64,000 nucleotides of DNA from Amoebidium appalachense (taxonomy: Eukaryota; Protista; Ichthyosporea). The DNA lies in contig CAVNZM010000004.1 in assembly GCA_963693365.1 (NCBI GenBank), forward strand, positions 3,122,389-3,186,388. Reading direction: 5' to 3'. The notes under the pieces are model-generated. The model worked only from the letters and a program-made list of their open reading frames with translations. It made no database searches and had not been told where the DNA came from. Of the stretch, positions 50,160-64,000 are shown in pieces (position 1 is the first letter of the stretch; each line of letters begins with the position of its first letter). A program made the position numbers and the translations under genes.

Positions 50160-50636
50160 CCATCAAGGTTCGAGGCTCGGTGAAAACAGATAGGGTCCTT
50201 GAACTAAAATACAGCTATAACTGGTTCGTTCAAACGTTTGTAGGTTTTAGGTTTTAACTATTTTAGAAACCATAGTTATATCATGGGCAATAATAGGCAG
50301 ATGACGAAAGGCTCACTGGTTACGCGAGTTCGTGTTCGCGTTGGGCAACTTGGGCCCGGCGAAAACGAAAACGAACTGTTCGTGTCTTATAATATGTTTG
50401 ACACCTGCACTTATTTGTTGCTGTGCTACAATTCCACAACGTTAAACTTTTCTCCTTGAGTGCATGTCGTATATACTTTTACTGTGCAACAAACCTGCTA
50501 GAGATGCGGTCGTGAATCGAACATCGTTCACTGCCTGCACATGCGATCCCTCTCTACCATATGCATAAACTCTAAGTATAACAGACACAGTGGGCATAAG
50601 TGATCCTTTTATCAGACACTTTACCAAACATTTACT

Positions 50637-59484
<8,848 letters not shown>

Positions 59485-60287
59485 TGGTATGCGTGGTGTG
59501 GGTTGCGTAAGCACGTTTGTTCCCAAATACACACACACACACGCGCGCGCGCCCGCACACACACACACACACACACACACAGAGAGAAAGAGAGAGAGAA
59601 GAGAGAGAGAAGAGAGAGAGAGACCCTTTATAGCTTCTCTTTTTGTGCTGTCACAGAGAGAAGCCCAGGGGACTTTGTTCCAGCTTGTTTGCAATTTCTT
59701 CCGGACTTGAATTGTTATTCACTTCTTTCTCTTCTTTGTGTTCTTGTTTTCTGTGTCTTGTCACGGAGAGGGGACCCCGGGGGGGGGAGGGGGGGGAGGG
59801 GTTAGGATTCGCTCATATCTGCTTTGCCGAGCCTGTCTACGTACGACCTTTACTGAGGTTGTTTATGAATGTTGGTACTGACTGTGCCTTTTATATGATT
59901 AGTGTGCTGTGGCATATATAGGTGTATGTCCTACTTGAGATAGCAAAAAATGCATATATTCTGTGTGTATGCTTAGCAACCCGTTTGTATGGTTATTTTA
60001 TGTTCCGGCTCGGTGATACACTTGAGCATTCACGATCAGCCGTGTGCAATTCATTTATACCTATTCAGGCTCTGGTTGTGATTTGACTGCGACATACACC
60101 GTGTGTATGCCGGCATCCAACCCAAAGAGAGATGTGTTCCGTTGTTACGTATATCAAGCGGCAAGAACAACATCCGTCTGTTGTGAGTATATATGCCGAA
60201 ATAAAATTATTGTATAATCTAAAACACGCCGCTTCTTTTGCCCGCTTGCGTCCCTCCTTCCCTCTCCCCCAATATCCCCCACCGGGG

Positions 60288-60339
<52 letters not shown>

Positions 60340-60962
60340 CCCTCCCCCCCCCCCCCCCCCCCCCCCCCCCACACACACACACGCACACCGGCCATACCTA
60401 TCAGTGTAAGTGTATGTGGGCGTGTTAGCAGTGTGCATCTGTAGTGTAGTAAGCACCGGTTGTCTGGGCATGGGTATGCTTGTGGATTAGAACGTGCCTT
60501 TTCACTAATCTTACTGTCTTCTTTTTTTTTCCCCGTGCAGGAAGAATGGTGTTTGTGTATATGTGTTGTGTGTGTGAGTGTGGGGGGGGGGGGGGGGGAG
60601 GGAAAGGGGAGGAGATATCTGAGGTAGGTGTTTACCCCACACAGTCCGACCCATAAGTACAAACCTGTTCTTTTCTTTGTCTCTCTCTTTTTTTTTTGGT
60701 GGGGCAGGGAGGGGAGGAAGGGGGGAGGGGGCAGGTTTTTTAGGCACCCAGGATTTCATATGATATTCAATGACCGGAAAAAGCATTTCCCCTCTGTTTA
60801 ACCGTTGAATAATAAAACATGCAGCATTACACCCCTTGACAGAAAGTACCATAATTCGGAATCCGAGAAACCCCTGGATTGGAGTCTTTTGGAATATGTA
60901 GTGCAAATGTTTACTCGTGCTACTGTAGGATATTCACAATTTATAAGGACAATCCCCCCCCC

Positions 60963-60996
<34 letters not shown>

Positions 60997-61378
60997 ACCA
61001 CCACAAAAAAAAAAAAAAAAAAAAAAATCCCACCCCCTCCTCATCCCCTGCCTAATTACCTAAAAGCACTCACACCGTGACCGTCTTGGAGTTGTATGTG
61101 TAGTGTCACAGTGAGTGATGTATAGTGGTATCAACATCCGTTACTAGTAGCCAGGCTAAGTCAAAACGGATGCCGGTGGTGGCTGTGTTCCAGTTGCATT
61201 CACAGAGAGCTTTATAGGTCACGAACCACTGAAAAAGGATTAGGGTGCGCCGTAAAAAGTAAGCAAGCTATGTTTCACTTTTATTGGGCGACCCCGGACT
61301 TGGAGGTTCTTTTCATATGCTGATACCGGGTTCGCATAGGGCACCGGAAGGTGGTGGGGTACGCAGCGGCGGGGGCGG

Positions 61379-61422
<44 letters not shown>

Positions 61423-61633
61423 GCCAGTCCTACTGTAGTCAAGCATCATAACTGGTGCTCTTCCCAACCAGCCAAGTTTTTATACTTTATTTTCTTTTTT
61501 TAACTTCTTCTTCAATCTTTTTCGTCGCTTCTTCTTTTTCTCCTCCTCCGTCTTTTTTATTTTTATTTATTTTTTATGTGTTTTAATTTATATTATTTTA
61601 AATTTTATTTTTATTCAAAATTTATTTGGTCAA

Positions 61634-61676
<43 letters not shown>

Positions 61677-62373
61677 ATTGCTTATTGATTTGATCCGTTC
61701 AGTTTACAGTGTGCAGCGTGCCTAAACATGATATGCTATGCCCATTCATTATGTATATACAGATAAAAGCGGAAACCTGAGCGGCGTACCTCGGGTCTAT
61801 GAGTCCAAGGGGGGTTCGTTCTCTAGTCCTGGAGCTTTTTATTTATTTATTTATTTTCCCCCGTTTTGTTCCCGGAGGGACTCCAAGGGGCCCTCACATG
61901 GCCCTCTGCAACACCGCCCAAAATATAAGGGTGTTACCAAAAATTGAAAGATAAAAATAGATTTTCGAGACGGCCGTGGGCTCTCAGAGGAACACCGTCT
62001 TCCACACAGCACTGACTATACTTCTAGCAACGGTGCTAATAGGGTGCCATCAGCTAGCACTAAACTAACACACCATTACCTAGGCTAACTAATTGTACAC
62101 ACTTGGCCCAGAATTTTCACCCCTAGCCTCATCGGTGGGCAGCACCAGGCTTCCCCCGCACTCAAAACCTACAACTAAAATTCAAACACGGGCTCTCATT
62201 GGCTCGTCTACGGTGGTGAAATGAGTGGCGTGGTGTTGGTGGTGTCTACGGTGGATATGGGTGTATGGTGAGGACTGGCGGCTATAGGGTTGTGGGCCGG
62301 CACATGCTATATAACACCTGTGGTACAGCAGTTAAGACTTAGTGTGGGTGAAAATATAATGCTTGCTGACCTC

Positions 62374-62925
62374 TTAATTCTGAGTGAGGCTTAGCGACGG
62401 TTGTGGACGTAGCGCACGTGATGGTGGTGGTGGTGTCGCATGGTACAGTGGTGGTGGTGCCAGCCTGAGACCAGGGTGAATCAAATGAATCCTGAAGATG
62501 CGTGCGGTTATGTAGTGTGGTATTGGTGGTAGTGATGGGGTAGATAGTGGTGATGGTGTATATGGTGATGCCGGGATACAGTAGTCGCCATACGACATGT
62601 AGTTATGCTCATAGGGTGGTGGTGGTGGTCTGGTGGGTAGCCTAGAGAAGGTTGATTTACGTCCCGGACTGTCCGCTGGATAATCAGATGAGTCGTATTT
62701 TTTAAGACAGTCTCGTGCACGGCCATCTAGAGACTCTCTAGATGGCCGTGGTCTCGTGCTATCGTTCAACTGATGGCGGGATATATCCGCCAAGTCGAAC
62801 CAGATAATCTGTTCTGTGCATCTAGATCTTTTGCACAAAAGGTATTCGTTGTACCAATAGACAGCTGAAGAAGATTTGTTTATAGCAAACAAAGGTGCTC
62901 GGACATGTGTGCGTGGCTGGAGTGT
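62374..62925 (-). CDS. Possible terminal exon of an unidentified gene with a Pro/Ser-rich C-terminus; a further candidate exon lies at ~63810-63900
   Basis: A non-microsatellite open frame of ~180 codons (PRTHVRAPLFAINKSSSAVYWYNEYLLCKRSR...RLPTRPPPPPYEHNY...SLTQN*) follows a C-rich intron-like tract. No family recognised and the boundaries are uncertain. Confidence 0.35.
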   Translation of the reverse strand, partial: TLQPRTHVRAPLFAINKSSSAVYWYNEYLLCKRSRCTEQIIWFDLADISRHQLNDSTRPRPSRESLDGRARDCLKKYDSSDYPADSPGRKSTFSRLPTRPPPPPYEHNYMSYGDYCIPASPYTPSPLSTPSLPPIPHYITARIFRIHLIHPGLRLAPPPLYHATPPPPSRALRPQPSLSLTQN

Positions 62926-63534
62926 AGGAGAATTCGAAGGCATGGGGAACCGCGTGCGCCGGTAAATAGGTATGATGGTGGTTGCGGTGGTAGCTATGGT
63001 AGTACCGGTGGTAGATATGGTGGTGGTGGTGGTGGTAGGTCTGGGGGGGGGGGGGGGGGGGGGGGGGGGGTGGGGGGCAGGGAGGGGAGGGGAGGGGGGG
63101 GGGGGGGGGGGGGGGGGGTGATGGTGGTGGTGGTCGGGGAGGTTAGCAGGGCAAGCTAAGGAAGACTTGGTGGGGAAGAGGTGCCCGCACCCATACCATG
63201 TGTGTGTCTGTGTGCTTGCGTGCGTGCGCACACGTGCGTGTGCATGTGTGTGTGTGTGTGTGGGGGGGGGGGGGGAGGGGGGAGGGGGAAGAGGAGGAAG
63301 AGGAGGAGGAGGAGAAGGGGTGGGGGTCATGTTTTATACAGTTCACAGTTTTTCCATCATCCTGCTACGCAGTAATGTACATGTGTGTTCTTTATTGCAG
63401 AACAGAAAACATGCACGAAGTTTGAAAAGTTGTAATCTCTTTTTTATCACACAGAATTCATGCATAATTGTTGTAGCGTGTCAAGTCTACATGAACACAA
63501 AAACATTGTCTCATAACCTCACTCTCCAGTCACC

Positions 63535-63571
<37 letters not shown>

Positions 63572-63963
63572 AATACTTTTTTCTCGTACACGCTCTACAG
63601 GAGTTCGTGCATGGGCATTCGTGCATGTGTAAACCGGGTGTGTAAACTTATTCAAAAAATCAGTCTAAATCCCTCAAACATTCGCAAACCAAGTAGTATG
63701 TTGCAGCCCAAAAGGTACTTGCATCCAAGCCCTCAGGCAAAAATAAAAAAAAAGGAAAAAAAAAACATGCAAATAGGGACCAAGACTAGGCTAAGCCCGC
63801 ACTCTTTAAAGGCCAAATCTGCGCGGGGTATAGCGTGGGGTGCCTGGCTGCCGTGGGGTTTTCCCTCCATCTTGGCGCTGGCCCGGTGTTGCAATCCGCC
63901 TGTAGAAATTGCAAAGTGCATTATGTCAGCCAATAGCAGCCATGCGCGCTCAGCGCATGCAGG

Positions 63964-64000
<37 letters not shown>

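Noticed and set aside
48555-50190. tRNA-like A box (TAGCTCACTTTGG) and B box (GGTTCGAGGCTC) on either side of the hAT-like insertion
   Set aside because: After removing the insert the boxes are only ~18 nt apart and no cloverleaf can be drawn.

Overview
Eukaryotic, intron-rich genomic DNA with GT-AG introns packed with poly-C/poly-G, (CA)n/(TG)n and (GA)n tracts. The gene content (YIPF5, LHFPL-like tetraspan, class C-like GPCR, KCTD-type BTB, AGO-clade Argonaute) suggests an opisthokont, possibly a unicellular holozoan; this is an inference. Almost all entries in the ORF track are microsatellite artefacts, so genes were rebuilt exon by exon with splice-phase checks. In order: (1) 3' end of a YIPF5/7 gene (+); (2) a GABA-B-like 7TM receptor whose ectodomain resembles a bacterial sugar solute-binding protein, disrupted by two in-frame TGAs and frame breaks (+); (3) a 10-exon BTB/T1 + F-box + LRR gene (-); (4) a 5-exon LHFPL-like tetraspan gene (+) with a 433-bp foldback element (AG...CT ends, 6-bp TSD) in intron 2; (5) an 18-exon gene with 12 ankyrin repeats and a C-terminal degenerate PD-(D/E)XK-like nuclease fold (-); (6) head-to-head with it, across a hAT-like insertion, an intact 8-exon slicer-type (DEDH) Argonaute with an RGG-rich N-terminus (+); (7) a possible 3' gene fragment at the right edge (-). 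The best candidate for an undescribed system is the ankyrin/nuclease-fold gene divergently paired with Argonaute; any functional link between them is only a hypothesis.
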